From positions 3,513-67,512 of the forward strand of contig DBMR01000052.1 of the NCBI GenBank assembly GCA_002298785.1: a stretch of DNA of 64,000 nt. Direction: 5' to 3'. Source of the stretch: Verrucomicrobia subdivision 3 bacterium UBA693. Lineage in GTDB: Bacteria; Verrucomicrobiota; Verrucomicrobiia; Limisphaerales; UBA8199. Shown one piece after another: positions 30,308 to 40,758 of the stretch. How positions within the stretch are numbered: position 1 is the stretch's first letter; each line of letters opens with the position of its first letter. A program made the position numbers and the translations under genes. Below the pieces are notes generated by a model, which did not search any database, was not told where the DNA came from, and saw nothing but the letters and a program-made list of their open reading frames with translations.

Positions 30308-33300
30308 CTATTTCGCGATGGGGATCGTTACGTCTTTCCCCAAGGTGAGAAAGTAGAGCCAGCAACGAGTCACCGGACGGCGGTAGATGCCACGGAGCGC
30401 CCGGGCGTACAATTCCAATTGCGGCCGATATTGAGCGGAACGCAGTTCGAGATCCCTCGCCTCGATTCGGTCGGTTTTGAAATCCAACAGCCAGATTTCG
30501 TCGGGCAATAGCACGACGAGATCGGCGGCACCCTGAACCACCACGAAATCCGGCGTCTGATGGAGGATTGGTTGCCCCAGGAACGTGGAGAGTTCATCGA
30601 GGGAAACGCGGCAGGTGAACGCCAGTTCGCGCCGGACGCAGCCGGCCTGAGCGCGGATTGATTGGCCGATGTCCGAGCCGAAGAACCGCCAGGCCTGGTT
30701 CAGATTAACGAGTGATCCTTGCTCGGCGGTGAGGTGTCCGGCCTGCACTAGGCGGGCGCATTCCTGCTTCAGCGCGGCGAGACTCGTGGCTTGCGGCAGA
30801 TGCACATGTTGCATGAACGCATGCAGGGCGGAGCCGATCTCCAGGGCCGAAGCGGCAGCGGGTTTTCTGGGTTCGAGTTCCGGCCAGCGCCGGTTACCGG
30901 GTCCCAGAGGTTTGGCCAGATTCTCATCGGAATCGACGGCACGCCGGCGCAGGGTAGACACGGAGGCTTTGGCCGGTTCACGGGTGACCTCGGGGTAGGG
31001 ATAACGCCACGCCAGTTTCTTTTCGAGGGCGTGAGGATCCGGCGCTTTTACGGCAGCCGGGGCTTCGGGAATGGTAGTGGGCGGCGGCGCCTCCGCGCCG
31101 ATCTGGGTGAGGGCGGAATCTTCGTGCAGTTGCCAGCGCAGCAGTTCATGGTCGCCGGCACTGAGCGGGCGGGCGATCTCGCGCGCGAACCAGAGCGCCA
31201 GCCAGTCTAAGTAACTGCGCGCCTTGATCAGGCTGGCCTCCGGGATCTCCGTCAGGGCCGATTCACATTGCTGAATTTTCTTTTCAGAAATGGTCGCGGT
31301 CAGGACCAGCAGATTGCGCGCGCGCGTAAACGCGACGTAGAGCAGGCGCAGTTCGTCACCGAGCGACTCCTCGAGCTGCCGTCGGCGAGCCAGCCAATAG
31401 GGCAGGCTGGGATAGTGCGCACGGGTGCCGGGTGGAGAAACCAGCGGGCAAAGGCCGTAACGATCATCGAGAATAAACTCGCTCTTAAGATCGCCGAGGT
31501 TGAAGGGCTTGCCCAGGTCCGCGAGCGCGACAATCGGAAACTCCAGTCCTTTGCTCTGGTGAATGCTCAGGAGTCGGACGGCGTTCTGTTCCGCGGCGGG
31601 CGGAGCGTCGGGTTCGGCGCCGGCTTCCTGCTGGGCTTCGATAAAGCGGAGGAAGCGGTACAGACCCTGGCGTTGGAATTCACCGAAACGACGGGCCAGG
31701 CTCAGCAGACGTTTCACGTTGAGTGCCCGCTGAGCACCGCGCGGTTGGGTCTCCAGCCAGAGATCATACCGGGTTTCGGCCAGCACGGTTTCGAGACAAC
31801 GCGCCAGAGAACCCTGGCGGGCCAGTCGACGCCAGCGGGAATACCGTTGGAAGAACTGAGTCACCCTGGTGCGGGTGGCGGGAGACGCAGCCGGTGCTGA
31901 TTTGGCCAGGTCGCGCCAGCGCAGCAGGGCCATCCAGAACAGACCTTTGGCGGCGAGCCGAATCTCGGCCAATTCGCTGACCTCGAGGCCGCAGAGCGGT
32001 GACCGCAGCACCGCCAACAAGGGAACGTCCTGCTGCGGATTATCCAAGATTTGCAGCAGATTCAAGAGGTCGCGCACCTCGAGCGCCTGGTAGAATCCGG
32101 GACGCTCAACCAGGAGCGGGATTCCCAGGCGGGAGAATTCGCGCGCGTAGACTTCGGCTTTTTTGTTTGGGGAGCGCAGCAGCACGGCCATGTCCCGCCA
32201 GGTGGCGGGTCGGGTTCCTTCCACTTCTTGAATCTGGAAGTTCTCGCGCACCAATTGCCGCAACCGCAGCCCCACGAGGCGCGCTTCTTTGGCGGATTCC
32301 TCGAGGTTCGACAGATCTTCTTCGATGTTGTCCTCGGCGGCGTCGTCGGATTCGCTGTTACGCGGACGGCGGCGAAGGTGCCATTCCACGCATGGGCCGG
32401 AGCTCGCCTGGGTCGACAAAGCGGCCCGTTGGTCGGGGGCGCCGAACACGAGCCGGGCGCGCTGATCGTACGCCACTCCGCCGATTCCCGGCCGCATGAG
32501 GACGGTGAACACTGAATTGACGAATTGCAGGAGCCGTTCGTGCGAACGGAAATTCTCAACCAGGGGAATGCTGTGGCTCCCGGCCTGTTGCCAGGCGATC
32601 TCGTAGGCTTGGAAAATGCGCGGGTTGGCAAGTCGAAACCGGTAAATGCTCTGTTTGACGTCCCCGACCAGGAAACGGTTGGCCTGTGATCCATCGCGGC
32701 TCAGCGCGGTGAGGATCAAATCCTGCGCGGCGTTGATATCCTGGTATTCATCCACGAAGATGTGCCGCAGGCGGGTCCGCCAATGGCAGGCGATCTCGGT
32801 CGGTCGACCCTGCCGTCGGTCCCAGAGCAGAGTGAGCGCGTGCTGTTCGAGGTCGTGGAAATCAACCAGACCGGCGTCCCGTTTGGCTTCGGCAAATTTT
32901 TCGGCAAACTGGCGGGTGAGTTGGAGCAGGGCGCCCATGCGGCCGCGCACCCAATTCCAATCCTCGAGCAGCGGATCAGAATCCCCGTCGTTCCGCGTCA
33001 GAGAATGCAGGAAGACGGCGTCTTTGAAGAAGGAGCTCAACGGATCGATCCAAGCCTTCTTTTTGCGCGGTGGCGGATTCTGGTAAATCTGAATGAGGGC
33101 GTTTAGAGCCTCGGTTACCTGCTGGCGGGTACTGGTCGTTTGGACGCCGGCGAGCGCCTCGAGACAATTCCGGCCCACCGGATGATCGTGAGCGCTTGAG
33201 CTCAGTGTTTCCAGCCATTGCTGCCGCCAGGACTCGAAGCCTTGCCTCAGCCAGGTTTCCCAGTCGTTTGGCGTGGGTTGGTCCACGCCCGACTGCTGGG

Positions 33301-33877
33301 CCGACAGCCAATTTTCCGGGTCGGGCAGTGTCTGGGTGAAGCTGTGCAGTTTGAGCACCAGGCCGCGAATCGCCTGGTCTCCTCTCCGCCCGCGGGATTC
33401 CACCAATTCACGCACCGCCTGCGACTCAGCCGAGGAGCCGGTGTAATGCATTTCAAGGAGGCGATCGAGGACTTCCTCCGAGACGAGGCGCGCCTCCTCC
33501 GGCGGCATCACTGCCAACTGCGGGTCCAACGATAGGGTGTGAAAGTGTTGGCGGACGAGCTCGAGACAAAAGCTATGCAGGGTGCCAATCTGGGCCGTGT
33601 CGAAGAGGGCCAGTTGCTCCTGCCACCGGGGATTGGCAGGGTCATTTGCCGCTTCCGTTTCGAGCCGGGTGCGAATGCGGTGCCGCATTTCGAGGGCGGC
33701 GGCTTCGGTGAAGGTGACCATCAGGATTTCCTGGAGCGAAGCCGGATCGGTCCCGGTGGTGAGGCAGTGGAGGCACCGTTCGACCAGGGTGCGGGTTTTG
33801 CCGGTGCCGGCGCCGGCGGTGAGCAGGATATTGCCCTGGGCGGTGATGGCCTGGTGTTGGGCGGTGGTAAGGCTCAC
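30308..33877 (-). CDS. addA: AddA-type UvrD helicase-nuclease
   Basis: AGAGTGKT, TFTEAAA, VDEYQD, VGDVKQSIYRFR, SIHQSKGLEF, YVAFTRA, nuclease DLV..LDFKT. GTG start overlaps the addB stop and follows GGAGGAGG. Confidence 0.93.
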   Translation of the reverse strand: MSLTTAQHQAITAQGNILLTAGAGTGKTRTLVERCLHCLTTGTDPASLQEILMVTFTEAAALEMRHRIRTRLETEAANDPANPRWQEQLALFDTAQIGTLHSFCLELVRQHFHTLSLDPQLAVMPPEEARLVSEEVLDRLLEMHYTGSSAESQAVRELVESRGRRGDQAIRGLVLKLHSFTQTLPDPENWLSAQQSGVDQPTPNDWETWLRQGFESWRQQWLETLSSSAHDHPVGRNCLEALAGVQTTSTRQQVTEALNALIQIYQNPPPRKKKAWIDPLSSFFKDAVFLHSLTRNDGDSDPLLEDWNWVRGRMGALLQLTRQFAEKFAEAKRDAGLVDFHDLEQHALTLLWDRRQGRPTEIACHWRTRLRHIFVDEYQDINAAQDLILTALSRDGSQANRFLVGDVKQSIYRFRLANPRIFQAYEIAWQQAGSHSIPLVENFRSHERLLQFVNSVFTVLMRPGIGGVAYDQRARLVFGAPDQRAALSTQASSGPCVEWHLRRRPRNSESDDAAEDNIEEDLSNLEESAKEARLVGLRLRQLVRENFQIQEVEGTRPATWRDMAVLLRSPNKKAEVYAREFSRLGIPLLVERPGFYQALEVRDLLNLLQILDNPQQDVPLLAVLRSPLCGLEVSELAEIRLAAKGLFWMALLRWRDLAKSAPAASPATRTRVTQFFQRYSRWRRLARQGSLARCLETVLAETRYDLWLETQPRGAQRALNVKRLLSLARRFGEFQRQGLYRFLRFIEAQQEAGAEPDAPPAAEQNAVRLLSIHQSKGLEFPIVALADLGKPFNLGDLKSEFILDDRYGLCPLVSPPGTRAHYPSLPYWLARRRQLEESLGDELRLLYVAFTRARNLLVLTATISEKKIQQCESALTEIPEASLIKARSYLDWLALWFAREIARPLSAGDHELLRWQLHEDSALTQIGAEAPPPTTIPEAPAAVKAPDPHALEKKLAWRYPYPEVTREPAKASVSTLRRRAVDSDENLAKPLGPGNRRWPELEPRKPAAASALEIGSALHAFMQHVHLPQATSLAALKQECARLVQAGHLTAEQGSLVNLNQAWRFFGSDIGQSIRAQAGCVRRELAFTCRVSLDELSTFLGQPILHQTPDFVVVQGAADLVVLLPDEIWLLDFKTDRIEARDLELRSAQYRPQLELYARALRGIYRRPVTRCWLYFLTLGKDVTIPIAK

Positions 33878-36800
33878 GGTTGGTCCTCCTCCGCCTGCGG
33901 GGCGGTGTCGGCACGGCGTAGCGCCCGGTAGGTATGGGTCCACGGATCAATGCGGCAGAACGAGACGTAGTTGCAGTGCTCGCAGGCGGTCAGTTTGCCG
34001 TGGCGAAAAGGGTCCACATCCGCCCGGCCGGAGAAGACCTCCAGGCCCATGTTGCGGATCTGCTGTTCGGTTTGGTCGAGCAGCGCGAGAAACGCGGGAG
34101 TGGCCAGAGCCTCGCGACTATTGGAATACGGCGTGCCATCGTTCTTCAGGCGGTAATTGAATTGATCGCCGGCTTTCACATTGGGACGGCTATCGAGCAG
34201 GGGCAGCGAGGAGACATCAAACCGGCCGGTATGACGATAAGCCATCCGGCGGGTCTGACCGGGATCCGCCAGCGTATCCTGGCGGCTTTCGCCACGGTCG
34301 AATTTGCCTTGCAGGTTTACATAAAAAACCCCGGCCGGCACCAGGCGCTCGACGCCGAAATGGCGCCGCGCCTCGGGCCATTGCCGCAGCACGTTCAAGT
34401 AGGCCAGCAACTGAAGCTGCAAGCCGTTTTCCATCTGGATCGGATCGAGCTTTTTCTGGCTGGACTTGTAATCGACCACGACACAAAACGCTTCGTCTTT
34501 TACCGGGACGCGATAGAGATCGATGCGATCAATTCGGCCGCGCAATTCCAGGCGGCGTCCGTCTCCCAAGTCCAGAGCCCACGCGGGCGCCTCGGGCGTC
34601 TCTCCGAAAGGGAATTCCACGGCCGCCGGAGTAAAACGGTATTGGCCGCGCATCCAGGCCACGATGGTGCTGATGAAATCCTGAAGCGAGGCCGTCAGCA
34701 CCGCGCTGAGGAAACGGCTTTCTTCGGTCGCCTGCCATAAACCTTGTCCGGTGGAGAGTGCTAAACGTTCGGCGATGATTTTGATGCGATCCCGCGCCAT
34801 TTCCGGCGTGAGATCGCTCCAGGTTTTGCCTTCCGCCTTTAGTTCTTCGTGGAACCTGGCCAGCACCTCGTGCTGGAAATTGCCCTGTTCTTTGAAATCG
34901 GTTTCGAACCAAACGCGGTCTTCGGCCTTAAGGCCGGAGTGAACAAAGAAGCGGAAGGGGCAATTGGCAAATTGTTCCAGTCGACTGACGGAGGTCTTGA
35001 GGCACTTGCCGAAAAGCCGCGCGACCAAATCCTGGGGCAGGGATACCTTGGTGCCGGGTTCCTGGTAGTTCAACCGCCAGGGGGACGAAGCGCTTTGGGA
35101 ACTTGGCGGCGTTTCGGCGCCAGGGATGGCAAGGTCGGGCCAGAGGGTGAGCAGGTCCCACGGATGTTCCGCAGTGGCCGGGTCCGGTGCCCCCGAGAAT
35201 GGCGTGGGAACCAGGCTGGGGAGCAGTTTTTGCAGTTGGAAAATCACGGGCGAAGGATGGAGGGCCTTGCCATCTTCAGTGTGGCTGGCGCTGGTGAGCA
35301 CCAGGAACCGCCGGGCGCGGGTCAGCGCGAGGTAAGCGAGGTGTCGTTCCCGGCTCAATTGTTCGCGGGCGGTGCCGCCTGATAGCAGCTTCTGGCCGGC
35401 AAGCAATTCGCGGTCGGCATCGGTCAGGATGGCGCTGGCTTGTGGTCGAGCGGGGAAGACTCCTTCGTTCATGCCCAGCAACAGCACCAGCGGTGATTCG
35501 AGGCTGCGCGACCGGTCGACTGAGCCGATCAGCACCTGGTCTAATGCCGGAGGAATGACACCCACTGACAAGCCGCCGAGCCCAGCCTCGAGGATCGGCA
35601 GCCACTCACGGACGGTCAGCGCTTCGGTCTCGAAGGCCAAATCCACGGTGTCCAGCCATTGATTCATCTGGGTCCAGACCGTGGCATGCACGGCTCCGGG
35701 CGGTCGTGCTCCGGGCACCTCGGGATCTTGCTCGGCCCAACCCTGAAGCCTGGTTTCGACTTCCAACTGCGACCACAACCGGCGGATGGCAGCGGTCAGT
35801 CGCTCGCCGGTTAGTTTTGAACCTTTCGTGCCCAGGTTTCGCTCAAACTCGACGAAGGGCGTCAGCAACCGGGAGCGGAGCCGCTCCAGCCAGTCGGTAA
35901 GTCCTGGATCCGACTCGATGGCCATGGGCTCCTTCCAGACCGCGCCACGCCAACCGCGAGCCAAGGCTTCGTTTTCGAGACGGTCGATCTCATCATCGGG
36001 AGCGGAGGCCAATCCGGATTTGAGCGCGGCGAACCAGTCGTCCGCCTGCCAATCGTTGACCACGGTGCGGAGCGCGTTGCGCGTGAGCTCGGCCAGCGGG
36101 TGGTGCGATACCGCCTCGCGCTGGTCGAGGAAGAAGGGGATGTCGTAACGAGAAAAGATTCGCACCAGGGCATGCTGGTAATCCGCCAGATTTCGTAACA
36201 GTACCGCCACCTCACGGAACCTCCCCCCGCCACGCACATGACGCAAGATGATGCGCGCCGCGCAGATGGCCTCCGCTTCCGGTTCTGGACATTCGTACCA
36301 CGATAGGGCCGGGGAAGCCTCCTCCGGGAGCGGGGCGGAGGATGGCGATTCTGTCCAGGCTCGTTCCAGCGCGGCCAGCACGGGGCTGTTAGAAAACCGG
36401 CCGGCGGCATGGCGCTTCAGGGACACCACCTCCATCTCGACTCCGGGTAACTGACGGATTCGGTCACGAGCTCGCTCGAAATTTCGGCGCACGATCCAAT
36501 CGGAGGAAAGCCAATGGTGATCCGACCGACCACTCGGGGTGAGGCAGAAGGTGAGCGTCGCTGTATGGCAGAGCGGCAGGATGCTTGCCAGTAAATCCCA
36601 TTCCTGGCTGGAGCAGTCCATGAAACCGTCCACCCACAAAGCCGAGCACAGCATTGGCGGGTGATCGCCGGTCGAGGTTTGGGTGGCCTGGGCGGCGGCC
36701 GTGAGCAGACAGCCTGAATCCAGCAGTTGTTGTTCGCGCAGCCACCGCAGGTAATCCTCGAGCAGCAGGGACAGGTCCTCGAGTTTGGGCCCCACCCCCT

Positions 36801-37251
36801 CGAGTGCGGACCATTTGGCGGCCAGGATCCGGAGCATCACCGGGGTGAGTTGATCACTCTGAATTTCATGGAGCGCGAGGCTGAGCTGGCGCGCGAAACC
36901 ATTGAGCCGGGCGCTGGCGCGGAAGAGTTTCAGCTCGGCACGGCGGCGGGTCAGCAGGCTCCGCAGCACCATGCAGCGTCCCTCTTCATCCAGGAGGCGC
37001 GGTGAGGGTAGTTCAAAATGGCGCAGGACCAGTTCAGCGAGACGTTCGAAGGAGAGAATTTGCAGGCGGGTGTAGCCAGTAATTGCCGGATCTTCCAAAA
37101 GCAGCCGCTCGAGTTGAAACGTGGATTGCTTGGGCACCAGCCAAATCAGCGGCGGACCGTCCGGAGCGGCCTTTAATTCCGAGCGAACCGCTTCCAGGCA
37201 GTGATGGGTCTTCCCCGATCCCGCGGGGCCGCACAACAACCGAACTTGCAC
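33874..37251 (-). CDS. addB: AddB-type helicase-nuclease subunit with Fe-S staple
   Basis: GPAGSGKT, SVSRLEQFANCPF, GRIDRID, VDYKS, CEHCNYVSFC. Start taken at GTG VQVRLL. Confidence 0.92.
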   Translation of the reverse strand: MQVRLLCGPAGSGKTHHCLEAVRSELKAAPDGPPLIWLVPKQSTFQLERLLLEDPAITGYTRLQILSFERLAELVLRHFELPSPRLLDEEGRCMVLRSLLTRRRAELKLFRASARLNGFARQLSLALHEIQSDQLTPVMLRILAAKWSALEGVGPKLEDLSLLLEDYLRWLREQQLLDSGCLLTAAAQATQTSTGDHPPMLCSALWVDGFMDCSSQEWDLLASILPLCHTATLTFCLTPSGRSDHHWLSSDWIVRRNFERARDRIRQLPGVEMEVVSLKRHAAGRFSNSPVLAALERAWTESPSSAPLPEEASPALSWYECPEPEAEAICAARIILRHVRGGGRFREVAVLLRNLADYQHALVRIFSRYDIPFFLDQREAVSHHPLAELTRNALRTVVNDWQADDWFAALKSGLASAPDDEIDRLENEALARGWRGAVWKEPMAIESDPGLTDWLERLRSRLLTPFVEFERNLGTKGSKLTGERLTAAIRRLWSQLEVETRLQGWAEQDPEVPGARPPGAVHATVWTQMNQWLDTVDLAFETEALTVREWLPILEAGLGGLSVGVIPPALDQVLIGSVDRSRSLESPLVLLLGMNEGVFPARPQASAILTDADRELLAGQKLLSGGTAREQLSRERHLAYLALTRARRFLVLTSASHTEDGKALHPSPVIFQLQKLLPSLVPTPFSGAPDPATAEHPWDLLTLWPDLAIPGAETPPSSQSASSPWRLNYQEPGTKVSLPQDLVARLFGKCLKTSVSRLEQFANCPFRFFVHSGLKAEDRVWFETDFKEQGNFQHEVLARFHEELKAEGKTWSDLTPEMARDRIKIIAERLALSTGQGLWQATEESRFLSAVLTASLQDFISTIVAWMRGQYRFTPAAVEFPFGETPEAPAWALDLGDGRRLELRGRIDRIDLYRVPVKDEAFCVVVDYKSSQKKLDPIQMENGLQLQLLAYLNVLRQWPEARRHFGVERLVPAGVFYVNLQGKFDRGESRQDTLADPGQTRRMAYRHTGRFDVSSLPLLDSRPNVKAGDQFNYRLKNDGTPYSNSREALATPAFLALLDQTEQQIRNMGLEVFSGRADVDPFRHGKLTACEHCNYVSFCRIDPWTHTYRALRRADTAPQAEEDQP

Positions 37252-37404
37252 AATGGATTTTGGCGAAACCGGGGGCGGCGGCGCAAAGAAAATCCGGCTG
37301 CCTGAGCTATCCTTCATGCTGCCAGTATGGCATGGCCGGTTGGACAAATACTGTCCCAGGCAGAGGAATTCCTGGCAAAGCGTTCGGGAGCGGGTTTTAC
37401 CGGG

Positions 37405-38340
37405 TTAACGAGCTGGGCGAGCGGCCACGATGAGGGTGCCGCCTTTTTTAGCGAAGGAGCCCGCCCATACCAGGGACACGGCGGCGAGTGACAACGCGGA
37501 ACCAGCCAGCACATTGGCGGCTACCAAAGCACGATTGGCGGCGGTGGGTTTGCCTGCCAGCCAATGGAAAAAGATATTGGGCGGGGACATCAGCGCGTTG
37601 AGCGCGCTTTGAGCCCAGCCCAGCAAATCGTATTCGAACTCCTGGTGCCAATGCTGAGACGGCACCAACCCGGACGCCTGGAACAATTGGTTCAGACCGG
37701 CTGAGGTGAGGTGGGTGATATGCCTTGGGACATCGAGGTGCAACCAGTGCCTGCCGAAGCAGCGCGCCTGCCAGCCGCCGTAATCCGGCACCGCCACCAC
37801 CAGGCAGCCGGAGGGTTTCAGCCGGCTGGCGGCCTCGCGCAGACTCGCGGCGGGATCACGCAAATGTTCCAACACGTGCCAGAACGTAATGCAGTCAAAG
37901 CTGGGTTCGGTAGGAAGTTGTTGGAGGCTCTCATGCACTTCCAGGCCGTGGCTGCGGGCCAGGCTGGGGTTCAACTCGGTGCCGGTCACCTGCCAGGAAT
38001 CGCGTTGTGCCGCCAACAGGAAAGTGCCGTCGCCGCAGCCCACATCCAGCAACCGTCCAGAGGCCTGGCCCGGAAACAAATGTCGCAGGATCCTTAACCG
38101 GCGTGAGGCGCAAAAATCGGCGGTGGCACCGTGTCTTTGACCGTGGTAAGCAGGGCCGTAAAAGGGTCCCAATTCAGGCGGCAGCGGATAGGTTTGGCCG
38201 GAGTGGCAGCGGTCGCAACGGAGGATGGAAAACCCAGTAGAGGTTAGCGGGTCGGTCACTTGCGGGTGGTGCAAAGAGGCGGTCCCGCCGCAACAAGGGC
38301 AGGGGAGTCGCGCTAAATCAGCACTGGCCGCAATCGCCAT
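37405..38340 (-). CDS. Class I SAM-dependent methyltransferase with N-terminal Zn-binding motif
   Basis: CPCCG..CDRCH, LLDVGCGDG, FWHVLEH, LDVPRH and a C-terminal hydrophobic helix. The longer track start overlaps the upstream gene. Confidence 0.88.
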   Translation of the reverse strand: MAIAASADLARLPCPCCGGTASLHHPQVTDPLTSTGFSILRCDRCHSGQTYPLPPELGPFYGPAYHGQRHGATADFCASRRLRILRHLFPGQASGRLLDVGCGDGTFLLAAQRDSWQVTGTELNPSLARSHGLEVHESLQQLPTEPSFDCITFWHVLEHLRDPAASLREAASRLKPSGCLVVAVPDYGGWQARCFGRHWLHLDVPRHITHLTSAGLNQLFQASGLVPSQHWHQEFEYDLLGWAQSALNALMSPPNIFFHWLAGKPTAANRALVAANVLAGSALSLAAVSLVWAGSFAKKGGTLIVAARPAR

Positions 38341-38399
38341 CGCGAGATGCAACTCGAACCGGGGAGAGGCGTCAAGAACTCTGACAGCGGCGCATCCGT

Positions 38400-39506
38400 T
38401 CAACGGTGATGGGCCAGGAACACACCGGCCAGAATCAGGATCAGGACGCCGAGCACCGCAAAGGTGATTTTGATCCAGCTCTTGGGATAGTGACCGGCGA
38501 TCTTGCCGCTCACTCCGTTGATGATCACCTGAAATGATTTGGGACCGTAGGTGTAGCTCAATAGCCACAAGGGCACGAGAATGTGTTTGAAGGTCTGCGC
38601 GGAAAAGTCCGCCCGCACCTGCAGGTTGCGATGCGTGTCGCCCGGGACGCGCGAGGCGCACATGCTTTCGATTTCGGATTGCATGGTTTCGCGGGCGGTC
38701 TTGGCGGCGGTCAGGAGGTCAATTTGGTAACGCTCCACCACCCAGCCGGAGAGAAAGCCGGCGTTGTACGGCACCAGTTTGTCCGTGGGGAAAGGTTCGA
38801 TTTTTCGCAGCAGAGTTGGCTGCACGCCCTTCGAGGCCGGCACCAGTTCGTCATCGAAAAAGTGATCCACGTTCCCCGAACTGTATTCCCAACGGATTTT
38901 TTGCACCTGCCGGGTCTTGGTCTCGCCATTGGAATCCCGATAGGTTTCGGTTACGTAATAATAGTAGCCGCTTTCGGCGGTCCAATCCGCGTGCACCTGG
39001 GCGTCAAAGGTCCAGTAAGGAATGTACAGACCTTTGATGGTGTCGGTGAGGGCGGCGGTTTTCAGGCGGTTAGGGGCAAACCAGCGGGTGCGATACCAGC
39101 GATGGGCCGAGTCCCGGACCTGGGTTTCCGTCAACTTCATCGGCAAGAGGCTTTCCGGGCGGAACGCCTCCTTGATTTCCTCGTAAGGCACCAGGGCGTT
39201 GGAGCCGCAAAAGTCGCAGCGTTGGCCCACGCGTTCCGGGTCAAAGACAGAAATGGCCTGACAGCTCTGGCAGCGGACGCTGGTCTTCTTTGCCTGCCAA
39301 CCGCGGTCGGAATCGGGAATTGCTCGCAGCGCCGACACCAGGTCGTGTTCGCGAATAAGCGTATCGCCGGTGGCGCTTAACTCGGCCTGGGCGGGGGAAG
39401 TCGTCCCGCAGAACGGGCAGACGAGCGCTTTCTTGCCGGGTTCCCACCGCGCCTCGGCGCCGCAGGCGGGACAAGAGTATTTCGGTTGAGCAATCGCCTC
39501 GGGCAT
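38400..39506 (-). CDS. Zn-ribbon membrane protein (YdjG-like)
   Basis: Four CxxC motifs (CPAC, CPFC, CQSC, CDFC), GLYIPYWTFD, VIINGVSGKIAG and a C-terminal TM. Confidence 0.85.
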   Translation of the reverse strand: MPEAIAQPKYSCPACGAEARWEPGKKALVCPFCGTTSPAQAELSATGDTLIREHDLVSALRAIPDSDRGWQAKKTSVRCQSCQAISVFDPERVGQRCDFCGSNALVPYEEIKEAFRPESLLPMKLTETQVRDSAHRWYRTRWFAPNRLKTAALTDTIKGLYIPYWTFDAQVHADWTAESGYYYYVTETYRDSNGETKTRQVQKIRWEYSSGNVDHFFDDELVPASKGVQPTLLRKIEPFPTDKLVPYNAGFLSGWVVERYQIDLLTAAKTARETMQSEIESMCASRVPGDTHRNLQVRADFSAQTFKHILVPLWLLSYTYGPKSFQVIINGVSGKIAGHYPKSWIKITFAVLGVLILILAGVFLAHHR

Positions 39507-39517
39507 CGTGGCACGGG

Positions 39518-40588
39518 TTAGCTCTTTAGGAACTCATCCAGGGCCGAGCGGGTGATGCGCCATGTCGTGCCGATCTTTTTACCCTTCAGGGAACCTTCGT
39601 TCAGGGCGGAGAGGACATCGGCTTCCGATACGCCCAGGGCTTTGGCGGCATCCAGGGGACTCAGTAGTTCCGGCAACCCGGCCTGAGGCGCGGCGGCTGC
39701 GGCCGCAGCGGTTGGATTGGGGTTGGAGGTTTGCCCGGCGGCCAGGGAGGCAGCCAACTGCTGGCCCAGCGCTAAACCGGCGCCCAACTGCGCGGCGCCA
39801 CCGGCCACTCCGGCCCCTTCGCCTTTGGTCATGCTTTCGGCCATCTGAAATTTCACGTAGTCATTGAGATTGCCGACAGCAGACATGCTCGAACGCTTGT
39901 CGATGGCCTGTTCCACCTCGGGCGGCAGCGAGACGTTCTCGACGATGAAACTCGGGATCTCCAAACCATATTTGGAGGTCATGGCTGGATTGATCAGCGG
40001 CAGGAGCGCGTCGCCCAGTTCCTGGTAACGGGAGGCCACGTCCAACACCGGCACTTTCGCGGAAGCCAGCGCATCGCTGAACACGCTCACAATCCGGGAG
40101 CGCATGGTATCCGCGAATTCATCGAGGCGAAAATGCTGGTCAGTGCCGGCGACCTGGCTCAAAAAGAGCTTCACATCCACGATCCGGAAATCGAATGTTC
40201 CATAGGCGCGGGCGCGCACGATGCCAAAGTCCGCGTCCCGCATCATCACCGGGTTGGCGGTACCCCACTTGTTGCCCGTGAACAAGCGAGTGTTCACGAA
40301 ATAGATGTCCGCTTTGAACGGCGATTCAAAGCCGTATTTCCAGCCTTTGAGCGTGGACAGGATGGGGATATTGTCGGTGGTGAGCGCCCATTTGCCGGGG
40401 CCGAAAGTGTCGCCGAACTGGCCGAGGTAGATAAACTGCGCCACCTGGGATTCGCGCACGATCAGTTGGGCGCCGCGTTTGATCTCCTTGTCCTGGTCCG
40501 GATACCGGAACGACAAAGTGTCACGGGAATCGTCCTCCCACTGGATAATCTCCAGCAGTTGGGTTTTAAGGTAATCCATCAGGCCCAT
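39518..40588 (-). CDS. SPFH domain protein (YdjI-like) with C-terminal excisionase-like HTH
   Basis: LIVRESQVA, NIPILSTLKGWKYGFESPFKA, KWGTANP, ENVSLPPEV. Tail LSPLDAAKALGVS..LKGKKIGTTWRI. Confidence 0.9.
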   Translation of the reverse strand: MGLMDYLKTQLLEIIQWEDDSRDTLSFRYPDQDKEIKRGAQLIVRESQVAQFIYLGQFGDTFGPGKWALTTDNIPILSTLKGWKYGFESPFKADIYFVNTRLFTGNKWGTANPVMMRDADFGIVRARAYGTFDFRIVDVKLFLSQVAGTDQHFRLDEFADTMRSRIVSVFSDALASAKVPVLDVASRYQELGDALLPLINPAMTSKYGLEIPSFIVENVSLPPEVEQAIDKRSSMSAVGNLNDYVKFQMAESMTKGEGAGVAGGAAQLGAGLALGQQLAASLAAGQTSNPNPTAAAAAAAPQAGLPELLSPLDAAKALGVSEADVLSALNEGSLKGKKIGTTWRITRSALDEFLKS

Positions 40589-40758
40589 AATATTTTCTAG
40601 TTCAGTTTCGCCTACTATTCCCTGCGTTGGGGTGCCTGTGAAGTACAAATTATGCATAAAAATGTAACCTCTGGTCCACTGACTGTCAGGAGGAAGTTTT
40701 TTGACCCCCGGCCACCTTCTGCTAGGTTTTGTTGGATAATTCACACTGTAGCTGTCTT

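Noticed and set aside
30308-37251. Helicase-nuclease pair as an anti-phage system
   Set aside because: Order, size, motifs and the Fe-S cysteines match ordinary AddAB recombination enzymes.
38341-38661. 107-aa N-terminal extension of the methyltransferase ORF
   Set aside because: It overlaps the Zn-ribbon gene in another frame. The ATG at 38340 directly precedes the Cys motif.
39518-39670. Excisionase-like HTH as evidence of a prophage or ICE
   Set aside because: It is fused in frame to the SPFH protein, and I found no integrase, att site or phage gene in the window.
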